In this document: positions 37,771 through 62,994 of the stretch, piece by piece
Numbering within the stretch: the stretch's first letter is position 1
How the letters are laid out: each line of letters starts with the position of its first letter
DNA from: the human T2T-CHM13v2.0 reference genome, Homo sapiens
Assembly: GCF_009914755.1 (NCBI RefSeq)
Contig: NC_060933.1
Direction: 5' to 3' (one strand)
DNA: 64,000 nucleotides
Made by a program: the position numbers and the translations under genes
Notes under the pieces: generated by a model
What the model was told of the DNA's origin: nothing
The model's input: only the letters and a program-made list of their open reading frames with translations
The model's database searches: none

Positions 37771-38714
37771 CTAGCTGGGGTGTTGCACTTTGAAAACATC
37801 CCACTCTGCTTAGGTGGAGAAGAGGCTGTAGAAGCCTGTGGGTGCCTGTGCAGGGAGAGTCAGCTCTGTGCTGAGGCGAACCCAGGGTCCCATGCGCTCC
37901 CCGGCCCTGACGGCGGTCTCCAGGGGAGGTAACAGGGCCTCATCCCACACAGGTGCAGGCCCGGGGCCCGCAGATGGCCTCAGAGGAGGCGGTGGATGAA
38001 CGGAAGGGTGAGGGGGTCTGGGCCCATCCCCAGAGGGGCAGGTGTGTGGTCAGGGCCCCACAGGACAGCCAGGGTTGTGCCTGCTGAGGGGGCCACATCC
38101 ACACCAAGCCCCGCCCAGCTCAGAGGTGGCCCCTCCCCGAGCACACGCTGACCTGGCTACATCAGGGAAGGCGACATGCCCGGAGGTGCCCCCACAGCCC
38201 TCAGCACCCACTGGGACACAGAAGAGGAAGGCAGAGAGGAAGCCCCTGGAGGGGTCCAAGGCCCGAGGAGGCAACTGCGTGGGATAGGGAAACTGAGGCA
38301 GAGAGCCTCAGCTGCTGCCATGTGGGAGCAGGGCTTTCACAGAGGGGAGGGCCATGGCCCTGCCCCATGGAGGGGCTGCCAGGCAGGGCATGTGTAGGGT
38401 GGAACTGGGCAAAGGCCAGGGGGCGGTGAGTGAAAAGGCAGTAAACCCACAACAAACTGAGGGCCTGCAGCCCAGGGCGAGGCGGCTGGGCCAGGGCCTT
38501 ACAGCTCTCACTGCTGTTTACAAGGACTGCAGGGTGAAGGATGTGAAGGGGCCCCGGCACCCCCTTCTCACCCTCTGCCCACAAAGCCATGGCCCCGGAC
38601 AGCTCCCACTGGGGCCGAGCCCCTGCCAGGAGGCTTCCCGCCCCAGCCCGTCCCCGGCACAGAGAGCAGCTGAGGCTCGGGCTGACCCCTCTGGCACTAG
38701 GCAGCTCCACTCCT

Positions 38715-39205
38715 TCCCAGCCGCCGCTTCCCTAACCCCAGCCTCCCAGCCTCCATTTCCCTAACCCTGGCCTCCCAGCCTCTGCTTCCCTAACCCCAGC
38801 CTCCCAGCCTCCGCTTCCCTAACCCCGGCCTCCCAGCCTCCGCTTCCCTAACCCCGGCCTCCCAGCCTCCGCTTCCCTAACCCCGGCCTCCCAGCCTCCG
38901 CTTCCCTAACCCCGGCCTCCCAGCCTCCGCTTCCCTAACCCCGGCCTCCCAGCCTCCGCTTCCCTAACCCCGGCCTCCCAGCCTCCGCTTCCCTAACCCC
39001 GGCCTCCCAGCCTCCGCTTCCCTAACCCCGGCCTCCCAGCCTCCGCTTCCCTAAGCCCGGCCTCCCAGCCTCCGCTTCCCTAACCCCGGCCTCCCAGCCT
39101 CCGCTTCCCTAACCCCGGCCTCCCAGCCTCCGCTTCCCTAACCCCGGCCTCCCAGCCTCCGCTTCCCTAATCCCGGCCTTCCAGCCTCCGCTTCCCTAAC
39201 CCTGG
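38715..39205. repeat. 29-bp VNTR, ~17 near-identical copies (CCCAGCCTCCGCTTCCCTAACCCCGGCCT)
   Basis: Period measured 38821->38850. Confidence 0.96.
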
Positions 39206-39912
39206 CCCAGTCTTCAGCTTGCAGGGTCTCGATCTGTAGGAACAGGAGGGAGAGAGGCTGCACCTCCCCTCGGGCTGTTTATCCTCAGCACTGAATCTGG
39301 CAGGGCAGCCGAGCGAGCGGGGATGCGGCCTCCCCGGCTTTGCCCACAGGGAAGGTGCCTCTCATTTCTCTTTTTTAACCTGAAAAAGCTGCTGGGAGGG
39401 CAGATGTTCTTCTTAACTCGAAGGGATGAAAAATGCCTCAGTTTAAAAAACTAGGGACCCTGGAGGCCACCCTGGAACCGCCCGAGACCCAAGAGGCTGT
39501 GGGTTCCCTGAGCCCCCAGTGGCGGCGCTAAGCCCCCAAGGGTGTTCCGGGCCCTCCGCCTGGCTCCCCGAGGGACAGAGGGGACCAGAGCTCCCACCTC
39601 TGCGGCCAGCCCTGAGCAGCTGCACTGTCCCCGCCACCTCCCCCGGATCCTGTCACAGGCCCGGCGCCAGGCCACCCACGCTGGGGCCCAAGGAGGCGGC
39701 CTGTCCTGACCCCCGAGGACAACAAGGCCACAGTGGGGCCTCCGGACTCACAAGGTCCCAAGCCGTGGACACTGTAGAGAGGCCCGCAGCTAGGGGCCAG
39801 CAGCCTGGCCCTCGTCACTGAGTACACAGTGGGCGCCACCACCCCCCATGCACACCCACGCACCTCCCCCCACAGCCCCAGGGAGACTCGGCACCATCAG
39901 GCTCAGACTCAC

Positions 39913-39967
39913 CCATGCGGTGGCGCTCGCCAGCGGCAGGGTCACCAGCGGGATCTCCTGGGTCCAT
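39913..39967 (-). CDS. EXD3: EXD3 first coding exon (exon spans 39913-40014 with 47 nt of 5' UTR); MDPGDPAGDPAAGERHRM(G)
   Basis: ATG at 39967-39965; acceptor TTGTCTGTTTCTGCAG| before 40014; donor G|GTGAGT after 39913. The 55 coding nt match the EXD3 N-terminus as I recall it. Confidence 0.93.
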
Positions 39968-40343
39968 CCTCAGGGCCGGGCCGAGGACGCTGGCAGGCAG
40001 CTAGGAACGAGGATCTGCAGAAACAGACAATCAGGTGAATGCAGAGCCCACTGCAACAGGCAGCCATGCAGAGCCCACGCCCACAGCCCCTGGAGGTGGT
40101 GGAGGGAGCTGGTGCCTGGGGGGGCCCAAGTGGGACCCCCAGTCGCTGAGCATAGCGGGCAGCTCCACACTCCTCTCCCAGCTGGGGTGACGGCTGCCAA
40201 GTTTGGACCCTGCATTCCAGTTCCCTGCCAAACCGTCCCAGCTTTCAGCAGGGAGGGCAGGGGGTGGGAGGGGCCCTGGGGGGGGGCACAGTAGACAGAC
40301 CCTCGCGGGAGTGCAGAGGGGCCTGTTCTTGAGGACAGCGTGA

Positions 40344-40983
<640 letters not shown>

Positions 40984-42049
40984 TAGCTTTAGTTTGAATC
41001 ACACACAGCAGTTACACAAAGCTCAGCATGTGAACTCCGAATCCTAACACAGGCGTGCAGGAGAGAGCTGTGCCGCCCTCCCCCAGGCAGCCCTCACGGT
41101 GGCCATTCCCGGGGAGACGGACCTGTGTGTGTTTCTCAGCCACACGCGGCACAGTCACTTAGAGGCCTTCAGTTTTACACATTACTGACAGCTCCGCCCA
41201 GGCAGGGTAAGAATCTGTCTCACCTGTCGGCCAACACGCACCCCTAAACACACAACAACACAACCTCCTGAAAAAAGTTACGTGGACATCGTCTGTGGAC
41301 TCAGGACGGACAGAGGCCGTTCCCAGCCGCGTCACATGGAGGTTAGGATGCCTTTTCCTTTCTCACGCAGGCTGCTCCAGACTCCTGCTCCACCGTCGGG
41401 GAGGGACTGTGGCTCTCCCACTGCAAACGACGTAAAACTGGATGATATATCTTAGGAAACCAGTTTCTGGGCAACAGGCAGTGTGAGGCCACGTTTCCCG
41501 ACAGCAGTCAGTGCCCAAGGCAGCCCCAGGACAGCTGCTCCCCACGCTGGAGCCTGGGCTGGGCACAGTGTCCCACCATGCCGAGGGGGCCACTGGGGGA
41601 CACACACCTGCAGGAGGGGCTGCTGGGGCAGTGAGTGTGTGGGCAGGAGGACCCCCGAGCCTCCCAGGACCCGCGGCCCCAGGGCTGAGAATACAGTGGA
41701 GACACCAGAGGCCACACAGCGCCTGACACACTGCAGTCCAGGCCAGCCAAGAGGAAGGACCCCATCAACACACAACCAGGACCAGACGGCCACAGCCGAA
41801 GACCATGCTGAGAGGAAGGCCTGCTCCAGAGCCTCTCGCCAGATCCAGACCAAGCCCACGAAAGCCGGAGGACAGATCCAGACCAAGCCCGTGAAAGCTG
41901 GAGAAGGTTGAGTCCCACCCAGCTTAGGAGGCTTGAGAAAGGCCCTAGGCTCTCCGAAGAGCCCCTGACAAAACATCAAGACACAACCCCAAGTTCAAGG
42001 GACTCAGCCAGAAGCTGAACAGCCCACCGGAGCGAAAAACAATGCTCTT

Positions 42050-42790
42050 CAGAGGATGATACCTAAATCCAGAGTTTCCACAATGGATAATTCACGAAAC
42101 TCAGCACGTAATAAAAATCACAAGACCTAAAAAGAAACAAGGAAATATGACCCATAAACAAGTGGAAAAACACAAAAAACAGAGAACAGAAAGCAACTTC
42201 GAGGAAGGCCTCAAAGTTATTGGTGTTAGCAAAGACTTTAACACAACGATTTCAACTGCGTTCACAGAATGAACAGAAAACATGTTCAAACAGTTCAAGG
42301 AGGCCGAGTGCAGTGTGGGAGGCTGAGGCGGGAGGATCACTTGAGCCCAGGAGTTTGAGACCATCCTAGGCAACATGGTCAAACTGTACAAAAAAATTAA
42401 AAAGTAGCCGGGTGTGGTGGCTCACGCCTTTGGTTCCAGCTACTCAGCAAGCGGAGGCAGAAGAGTCGCTGGAAGCCCAGAGATCAAGGCTGCAGTGAGC
42501 CGAGATCGCACCACTGCCTTCCAACCTGCATGACAGAGCGAGACCCTGTCTCAAGAAAACCCCAAAAAACCATGAATAAAGTTAAAAAATATGGTTTTAA
42601 TGAGTAAAAGGAGAGAAATGAAGATTATATGAAACTACATAAAAGAGCTAAATGGAAACTCGGCAATAAAAAGTGTCATCACTGAAATGTGTTTGACTCA
42701 GTGGCTGTGCTTCACAGCAGGTGGATGGCAGATGAGTCAGTGAATCTGAAAACAGATCAAAGAAGGACCAGATTGAAAGAACGAGGGGGA
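42050..42790 (+). mobile_element. Old L1 ORF1-region remnant with inserted Alu (~42302-42570)
   Basis: A-rich L1-like sequence; Alu motifs. Confidence 0.6.
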
Positions 42791-43099
42791 AAGACAGAAG
42801 GAACTGTGGCTCCACGGTCCACAGCCGGGCGCCCTCTGTTCCCCTGGTGAACGGCCCCGTCTGCAGCACTGCACGCCTGGCTCTGGGGTTCACACGCTTT
42901 GTGGAGACACCCATTCCCCAGCCTCTGCCTGCCTCCGTCTGGATGGCTGCACTGCAGCCCTGCTCACCCTGGACCCCCTTCCCTCTTGTCCCCTGTGCTC
43001 CCCGAAGTTCACCTCCTAGTTCTAAGGGAGCACCTTTTCCAGGAGCACCTCAGGCAGAACCGCAAGGGAGGAGCACTGAGTAGCCCTTTGCTTGTCTGA

Positions 43100-43705
43100 G
43101 AACGTCCCCATGACACATGTGCACCCATGTCCCCAAGACACACAGGCAACCGCGTCCCCAAGACACACAGGCAACCGCGTCCCCAAGACACACAGGCAAC
43201 CGCGTCCCCAAGACACACTGGCACCCGCGTCCCCAAGACACACAGGCACCCGCGTCCCCAAGACACACAGGCGACCGCGTCCCCAAGACACACAGGCACC
43301 CACGTCCCCGTGACACACGTGCACCCGCATCCCCGAGACACACAGGCACCCGCGTCCCCGAGACACACAGGCACCCGCGTCCCCGTGACACACAGGCACC
43401 CGCGTCCCCGTGACACACAGGCACCCGCGTCCCCGTGACACACGTGCACCCGCATCCCCAAGACACACAGGCACCCGCGTCCCCGTGACACACATGCACC
43501 CGCGTCCCCAAGACACACAGGCAACCGCGTCTCCGTGACACATGTGCACCCGCGTCCCCAAGACACATCCCCAAGACACACAGGCAACCATGTCCCCGTG
43601 ACACGCGTCCAACATCCTCGTAACACGTGCACACCGACATCCCCGTGACATACACAGACTGTCCCTGTGGCACAGGCGCATCCACGTCCCCATGACACAC
43701 GCACA
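43100..43705. repeat. 25-bp VNTR (CCCCAAGACACACAGGCACCCGCGT), ~24 copies
   Basis: Directly visible. Confidence 0.93.
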
Positions 43706-44206
43706 CTGCACCTCCACTGGAAGCCTGGCTGTGCGTGGCTGTGGGGCAGGGGTCATTCTCCTGACGGTCATGGTAACGCCCCTCTACTGTCTTCTAGCCT
43801 CAGGGGTTGCTGAGAAATCTGATGCCCCCTGACTCGAGTGCCAGCATCTTCTGGGGAGACCCCGGGGCCGTGGCCGGATCCCAGCAGGACGGACATGGTG
43901 TGGTCCCCTGGGGGCTCCGTGGCCACCCTTCTGCATGTGGCTTCCCGATGGTGTCCTGCCCTCCACGCCCTCAGTTCTGTCCTCAGGAACTCCTGCTGTT
44001 TAGAACTTACACTTCCTGAGAATTACTTTGTCTTCTCATCTTTCCTTCTCTGCCTTTTTGGGAGATTTCCTGAACTTTATTTTGCAACCCTCTCACTGAA
44101 AGGTTCATTTCTGCTATCACAAATTTAATACTATCCACGAGTTCTGGTTTTCTGAAGCTTTTTACAAGGGTCTCCTCTCTTATTCCTGGCTTCTCTTCCT
44201 AACCCC

Positions 44207-47697
<3,491 letters not shown>

Positions 47698-48542
47698 CCC
47701 GCCACGGGAGACCCTGTGGCTCGGCTTGGCTCATTTCCTGCAGGATCCCCGGCGCTGACCCCTCTCCCCTCCATGGCAGTGTGGGGACTGCTATGCATAT
47801 CTGAAAGTGAGGCACTAGTCATCTGCTTGGAAATGGGTTGGGGGCACCCCAGGAGTGGGGCCCCACTGTGAGTGACCTGAGGGGCCCCAGAAGATGCAGA
47901 CCCGAACGCGTCTCCTCCCGGCTGGTCTGTCCAGGAAAAAGCCCTCCCAGCCGCACCTGCCAGCCACTGAGTTTGGGGGCACAGGCAGGGAGCTGCAGAC
48001 CCCGTTCCTCTGTAGCCCTCCCCACCCCCAGCCCAGCAGCAGCAGCAGCCAGCACACCCTGGCCCAGGGTCTCCGAGGGTCGGGGGCCGCAGGGTCTGGC
48101 AGCACCCCATGAAGGCCGCCCCAGGTCCGTTTCAGCCCTCCAGACGCCCGTACCCAGGAAACCTGGGCCTCCATTCCCGAGCCCCCCAGTTTTCGCCTCT
48201 CTCCTTCTCTTTGCCCCTAAGGGGTTTTGCCTTTTTAATTCTTTTGCTGTCACCTTAATTGGCCTTGGGGGAGATGGACCAGCAGGCCCGAGATCCAGGG
48301 TCTTAGGGCTCCTCCCAGCAGGGCAGACCCAGCCACGCAGAGCCCACCGCCAGCTTCCAAGGGCTCCAGAAAGTGGTCGCTGCCCTTCTCAGAAGGCCCT
48401 CTCCACCATGCCCAGAACCGTGGATGCCCCAGCCTGGGCTCTTCACCAGGAAATGAAGGGGAAGACAGACCTGTGGGATAGGGATGGGTCCCGAGGCGGG
48501 GCAGTCACACCCCCACGCCATCTCTGCATAGACCCCGAAGGA

Positions 48543-48872
48543 TGTGGAGTGTCCTCCAGGGCCGTACAAAGCACCACACACAGGGCGCGAGTGACAGGGA
48601 CGTGTGTCCTCACTGTCCCGAGGCTGCAGCTCTGAGACTGGGTGGGGAGGGTGGGCCCCACTCCCTGGGTCTCCTCCCTGGGTCCTCACGGGTCCCCCCA
48701 TGTGCGTCTGTGTCCTGATCTCCCCTTCTTGTGGTGACACCAGTCCTACTGGATTAGGGCCCACCCCAACGACCTCATTTTACCTCTGCCAAGACCCCAT
48801 CTCCAAATACAGTGACATGGCGCCTAGGGCTTCAACATGGGAATTTGGGGGGAAACAACTCAGCCCACAGCA
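48543..48872 (-). mobile_element. MLT1-type MaLR LTR, diverged
   Basis: GGATTAGGGCCCACCC...GACCCCATCTCCAAATACAGT...AGGGCTTCAACAT. Confidence 0.7.
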
Positions 48873-49143
48873 GATCGCGGGTCCTTCCCCAACAGAGGCA
48901 GAGGCTCCCCACGCCAGCTCTTGGGGAAGGGTCAGGGAGCCCACAAGGCCTCTGCACACTATTCCCTCCGCCTTCATGAAAGAGGCGTGCCCATCTCCCA
49001 GATGAGAAAACTGAGCTCAGCCAGGATCAAAGCAGGTCTCGTCCCAGTCTCCTCACTCTACCACTCTCCACTTTTATTTGCTTTTTATTGCCTCAGCTGC
49101 CTATAAAGGCAATTATGCATGTAATACAATATTTGGAAAACTA

Positions 49144-50950
<1,807 letters not shown>

Positions 50951-51099
50951 TGAGGCCCCTGCACAGAACCAGGGTGGCTGGCAGCAAGTTATCTGGAGCT
51001 GAGAGCTGGGGGCTGAGTGCAGCCAGGGCGGGGTGAGCCTCGTGACACCCCCATCGCACAGGGAGGCCCTGACAGGAGGCCGCTCCACCTCTGTTTGTC

Positions 51100-52480
51100 T
51101 TGTCCCAAACGGCAGAGGCGACGGCTGCTCTTGGCCAACACTCCTGCCCCTGGCGTGCCCCGTGGCCGTCTGGAGGGTGGACTTGGCTTCCTGCACCAAC
51201 GCACCCCTCGACCCCCAGACGGCAGCGGCATTAGTGGCGCTGATGGTGTCTGATGAGCAAATGAATAAAGGCAGCAGGTCCCCCACCACCACCTCCATTC
51301 CCACGGGCACTCCCAGCGGCTTCTGGAAACTTCCCTGGGCTCTCAGTACTCCCCCGGCCACAGCCTCAGTGGGCGGTAGACCCTCTCCCCAGCCCTCCTC
51401 TGGGGTGTCTGTGTCCCGACCCCCACCCCAGGCCGCTCCTCAGCCCCCACCCCTCCCTTCCAGGAGTGCAGCCCGTCCCCCCTCAGCAGGCTGGGGACGG
51501 CCTTGCGCGCTGCGGGGACCCGACGGGGCAGCCCCAGCCAGGCCGTCAGGCTCCGAGAGAGGTGCGGAGCCAACACTGCCTCCCAGCGTCCCAGGGTCCT
51601 GTGACCGGGAAGGCCCCGCATCTGCTGCACCCGGAGTGGTGGAGGCCAGAACGCTCGCCAGCAAACCCGCCCGTTCACAGAGGCACCGGAGCGGGCGGGC
51701 GGGGGCGGCCTGCGGAGCAGCCAGTCCCGGGCACCCCACGCCGACCGCCGCGCGTCCGGGCCGGTCTCTGGGCCCCTCTGCTGGTGGAACCCGGCAGCGC
51801 CTCCTCCGTCTCAGCCGCGTCGGTCCCAGGCGCCTCCCCTACCCGCACGCCCAGGCTGGGTCTCCGTTTCCCACCAGGCCAGCGCTGCAGGCAGAGCCCA
51901 GCCCGGCGGCCGCGGCGAACACGGGGCGGCCCCTCCACCTCTGTCCGCCTGCCCTAAATACCGCAGAGGTGACTGCTCCCCCGCGAAGCCCACCCACCTG
52001 AGGTCCTGGCCCCCAAGGGGCCATCTGCCCCCGGCTCACCGCAGGCCCTTTCCTGGGGGCCTCTGTGCCGTGCAAAGGGCAGGTCTGGCCGCTCTCGGGC
52101 TCTGCCCTGCCAGCCCCACAACCCAGAACCCAGCGTCCCCGCCCCCATCTCCCGGGATCCCTTGGCTAAGGGAGGGTGACTGGTGGCCCGCAGGCCCTTC
52201 AGAGGGTCCCTGACAGGGAAGGATGGAGACGCAGCTCCAGACCCCAGAGTGCGGCCCCCCAGACACACCCACGGCCGTCCACCATCCAAGCATAAACCCC
52301 AACGCAGCGGCTCCTGGCCTGGTTCTGAAGACGGCCCAGCTGGAGTGGGAGAAGTGCCCAGTGCTTCCGTCACTGGAGCCCACGGGTCCACAGGCATTCG
52401 AGGTCTTGGATGCGCCGGCTGGACCCAAGGACACACGCGGGAGGCGGGAGGCGGGAGGCGGGAGGGGCACAGCAAAGGGT
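51100..52480. promoter_or_regulatory. Intragenic CpG island
   Basis: Dense CpG by eye, especially 51490-52000. Confidence 0.7.
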
Positions 52481-52884
52481 CTGGGGGGAGGCCGGAGGGG
52501 GCTTTCCCCTTGGGCACCATGGACACCCCAGGCCCCGCAGCACACAAATGCGGAGCCTCAAGCCTCCAGGGGTTTTCCAGCCTCACGCCTCCGGGGGTCT
52601 CCCCAGCCTCATGCCTCTGGGGATCTCCCACCCTCATGCCTCCTGTGGTCTCCCAGCCTCAGGCCTCCAAGGGTCTCCCTGGCCCAACCTCCTTGCTGTG
52701 TCTCCAGAAAGCTCTGAAGCCCAGCCCCTCCTCCTCACGTTCGACTGCGCTGCGTGGGTGTTTTACTAAAACCCAACAGTGACTCTTCCTCTGGGCGCCT
52801 GGATGTGTCTCCTCCAACATTTGGCCGGCCCTGCACGTGCCCCAAAGCTCCCAAGGGGCTTTTAAGAGGGCTTTGGGGTGGGGG

Positions 52885-55149
<2,265 letters not shown>

Positions 55150-55434
55150 TCATTTCTTCTGAAAGGTGCTAACTCAAGCCAAATTGTTGCCATGAGTCCT
55201 GTGACCACAGAACGTTGGGTTCTGAGAACCCCAGAGGCTCTTGTTCCCTGGCCCCACGATCCACACCCAGGGAGACGACACAGCTGGGTCCCTACCCACA
55301 CGGGGCAGAACTGCACAACGAGGAAGCCCCCCTGGGGGCGGCCTGGCATGGAGGAGGTGACCCACGGGGGACGTGCCTGACTCACTGTGGAGGCGACGCT
55401 GCTGAGGGCGGGGGGCAGGGCGAGGGCTGTGTCC

Positions 55435-55631
55435 TTTCCCACAGAGCCTGGCAGACCCCCAGGGCCTGAGTGAGGTCCAAGGCTCTGCAGGTGACTGTGC
55501 CTGGAGCCCCAGCCCCCGGCCTCAGTGCTTTCCCACAGAGCCTGGCAGACCCCCCAGGGCCTGAGTGAGGTCCAGGCGTCTCAGGGGACTGCAGGTGACT
55601 GTGCCTGGAGCCCCAGCCCCCAGCCTCAGTG
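55435..55631. repeat. Local tandem duplication of ~95-100 bp
   Basis: CTTTCCCACAGAGCCTGGCAGACCCCC...GCCTCAGTG occurs twice. Confidence 0.85.
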
Positions 55632-56884
55632 CAGATTTCGGTCATTGGCTGTGGCTGCCCTGTGCGCTGAGCAGGTGTCCAGGTGGGCATAGGCTGGCAC
55701 CTCTAGGGCCCCTGGACCACCGCAGAACCTGTAGCAGATTCCGGCTGAGGCCCCGAGGCCGGCCCCCCGGGTGGGGAGTCCCAGGCCTGGCCGTGAGATG
55801 GAGTAGATGATGCCGAATGGAGCGCAGGCGTGGGAGGGGCACGCACGCCCAGGAAGGCTCATCTTCACCCCAAACCCAGCTGAGCCCAGGATGCCCCCTT
55901 CCCAGAGAAGGAAACCAGCGAAGGCACAGCTGCCCCCGAGCCCTGGGCATGGGGCTTGCTCCGGAGATGGGCTCTGAGGCAGGATGGGGGGCAGCCCTGC
56001 TCCTCGGTTTCCTGGGAGGCCCGGCCAGACACCCGGCGGCCTCCCAGGGAGCCTCCACAGGAAGGCGGGACCGGCGGGACCAACAGGATGTGCAGGGGCC
56101 CCTCCCTCGAAGCTTCGCCCTCAAGTAGGACCCAAAGCTCCCTCAAACGACCCCTGAACAGGCCGACCTTGAAGGACCCCACAAGAACCCAGGTTGCTGG
56201 CAGAGGCTCAGAGGTGGCCATGGCAGGCCAGCGGCGGCCGTCAGTCTCTCCATCGGTGCCACAGCACCACCAGCCCCGGGACCTGGAAAAGGAGCGGCAG
56301 GCGGAGGCGGGGGTGGGGGAGGTTGGGGGGAGGGGGATGGGTGGGGGAGGGGGAGGGGGTGGGGGAGTGGGAGGGAGTCGGGGAGGCGGAGGGCTTCCTG
56401 TGGCCGCGGTGCACAATGGTGTTTTCTGCACACCGCAGTGAGTCACCCAAGACGGACTGGAAGCCGGGCCACCCTGCATTCTTGTCCGGGCGCCAGGTCA
56501 CGCTTCCTCTGCGGTTTTTCTGTGGTGTTTCCCTGAGGACCGGTGGGCCCTCCAGGTGGGCCTTGTGCCGCCAGCAGGCGTGGCCAGGAGGGCGGGAGGC
56601 GGCAAGAGAGTGGGCTGTGTGCCCCCCAGGTCTCCCTGGCACCCCGATGGGGGGCTCCCAGGCTCCCCCACCCCCACAGAGCCGGCCTTACTGCCCTCTT
56701 CTGAGAGCGCCAACCTTGAGGGCCCTGCAGCCGCCACCCCCAGGATGCGGCAAGGACAGGGGGCTGGAGGCCGGCCTGAGACCCAGAGCGAGTGGGCGGG
56801 CAACACTGGCTTCAGAGCCCCCAGAAGCTGTTGATCCCAAAGGAGGCCTCCAAGGCCTGTCCCCTCCCCACCTCATATTGTCTG

Positions 56885-57080
56885 ACACAGCAGCCACAGC
56901 TGAAAGTGCAAGACACGTGATTAGAGAAGGGTCAATATCTCTGTGACAGCTTTTTATATCGACTGCATGTGGAAATGGAAATATTTTGGGCATACTGGAG
57001 TTAAATAAAATATATTATTAAAATAAATTCACTTGTTTCTCAGTTTTTAAATGTGTCTACAAGAAAACTTAAAAGCCTCC
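56885..57080. mobile_element. MER33/MER3-like hAT DNA transposon remnant
   Basis: GTTAAATAAAATATATTATTAAAATAAATTCACTTGTTTC. Confidence 0.65.
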
Positions 57081-57323
57081 TCGTCATAAAGCTCCAGGTG
57101 CCCACCGGGGCCCTTCCAGGAGAAGCAAACAGCCCCGCGGCCACCACTCCCCAAACAGTGTCAGTGGGAACCAGAAACATTCCACATGGGACAGGGTGGA
57201 TACCCCAGAGCCCCCCGGGAGCAGCCCCCAGAGGCACGAGGGCACAGCAGGATGAGCTGATGCTGGCAAGATGGCCACGCACAGCCGGGGCCCCTCGGGA
57301 GGGAGTTCAGGCCTCCTCAGTGA

Positions 57324-60113
<2,790 letters not shown>

Positions 60114-61399
60114 GCTGCGGTTTTGAAGGACACCTTCCCTGTTCACCGTGTTGGTTTTAGCTCTGCGGCAAGCTTCTCTGTGCACCCCACCTCCCTGCAG
60201 CTCACTGCCCACAACACATGGATGTACCATGGGACAGCTGCAAGGACGGGTCAGGTGGCCCATGGGCTCTGGGGAACCCTTTCTGGGAGGTGCCAACAGC
60301 ACATGTTGGGGTCACCATCACAGACGGGGCTGGGGCCAACAGTCCCCCATCAAGGGTGGGCTTTCCCAAGGACCCCAGTTCTGATCACACAAGGTAGAAT
60401 CTGATGAATGATAAACAGCATTTAAAAACCATGTTTTATAAAAATACTTAATGGCATGGGAAAGGGTTCACAGAGCAGCATAAAGTCGCGTTGCCCTAAG
60501 GGGATCATGCTGCACGGTGCAAGGTCCCTTCTCAAAACCAGGCAGATGCACGTGTGAGGGCCTGGCTGCTCTGCCGACGGTGCCTCTGTGCTTTCTGTTT
60601 TGTATTTTCTGAATACTACACAATGTATACACCCTGGTTTGTATTCATGAACAAAGAAAAAACCATGAATGATATTTTTGAAGGTTAAAACTAGGATGGG
60701 ATCTTAGCCTTAGCACCTCCACACCTCACCCATGGTGACAGGGCCTCTGCCTGCCGCCGGCCACTGCCAGCCACACCTGGGACCCACAGCCAGGGCTTTC
60801 GCTCTTCTGCAGTGCCTGAGGGCCAAGAATTCTGCGGTGGCTGGCTGGGTGGCCGCTCCACCAGGGGGAGGGCACTGCACGTCTCAGTCCTCAGCAGCCC
60901 GAGGTTCCCAGAGTGAGGGACCCACAGGGACAAAGGGGCGGACTTGGGGCCCTCACGACCTATCTCCATGTCACACAGCCTCTGCCACCTTCCCATCAGG
61001 CCGGGCACCCCCAGGTCCAGCTCACACTCCACCGCAGCTTCTGCACAGCCAGGGAGGGACCGCCGGCAGCCCACCGCCTCACCTCCCAGGTCTCCACCAG
61101 AAACATCCGGCCGGCCCAGCTGACCCCCGGGCAGGCGCCCGGAACCTCGCTGGTCCCCGGGCAGGCATCCGGACCCTCGTCAGCCCGGCTGCTGCTTCCC
61201 AAAGGTCCTCTCCACCCAGGACCCTAACACGTGCTGGGCAACCCGGCTCAGAGCATCGTCCTGCGCCACGCCAGGCGGCCACCCTCTGAGGAGGATGGGG
61301 ACGGGACACATCCAGGTCACACCGAGGTGGCACCAGGCGGTTCCAGGACCTGGTTCCCCGTGACACAAGGATCAACACCAAGGGTCGGTAGGCCGTCCC

Positions 61400-62994
<1,595 letters not shown>

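Noticed and set aside
38715-39205. Interstitial telomere
   Set aside because: Only one TTAGGG per 29-bp unit and no (TTAGGG)n run; retained only as a VNTR
51033-52001. 322-aa + strand ORF and similar Pro/Arg/Gly-rich ORFs in GC islands
   Set aside because: Expected from stop-poor GC-rich DNA; no recognisable domain; several start at non-ATG codons
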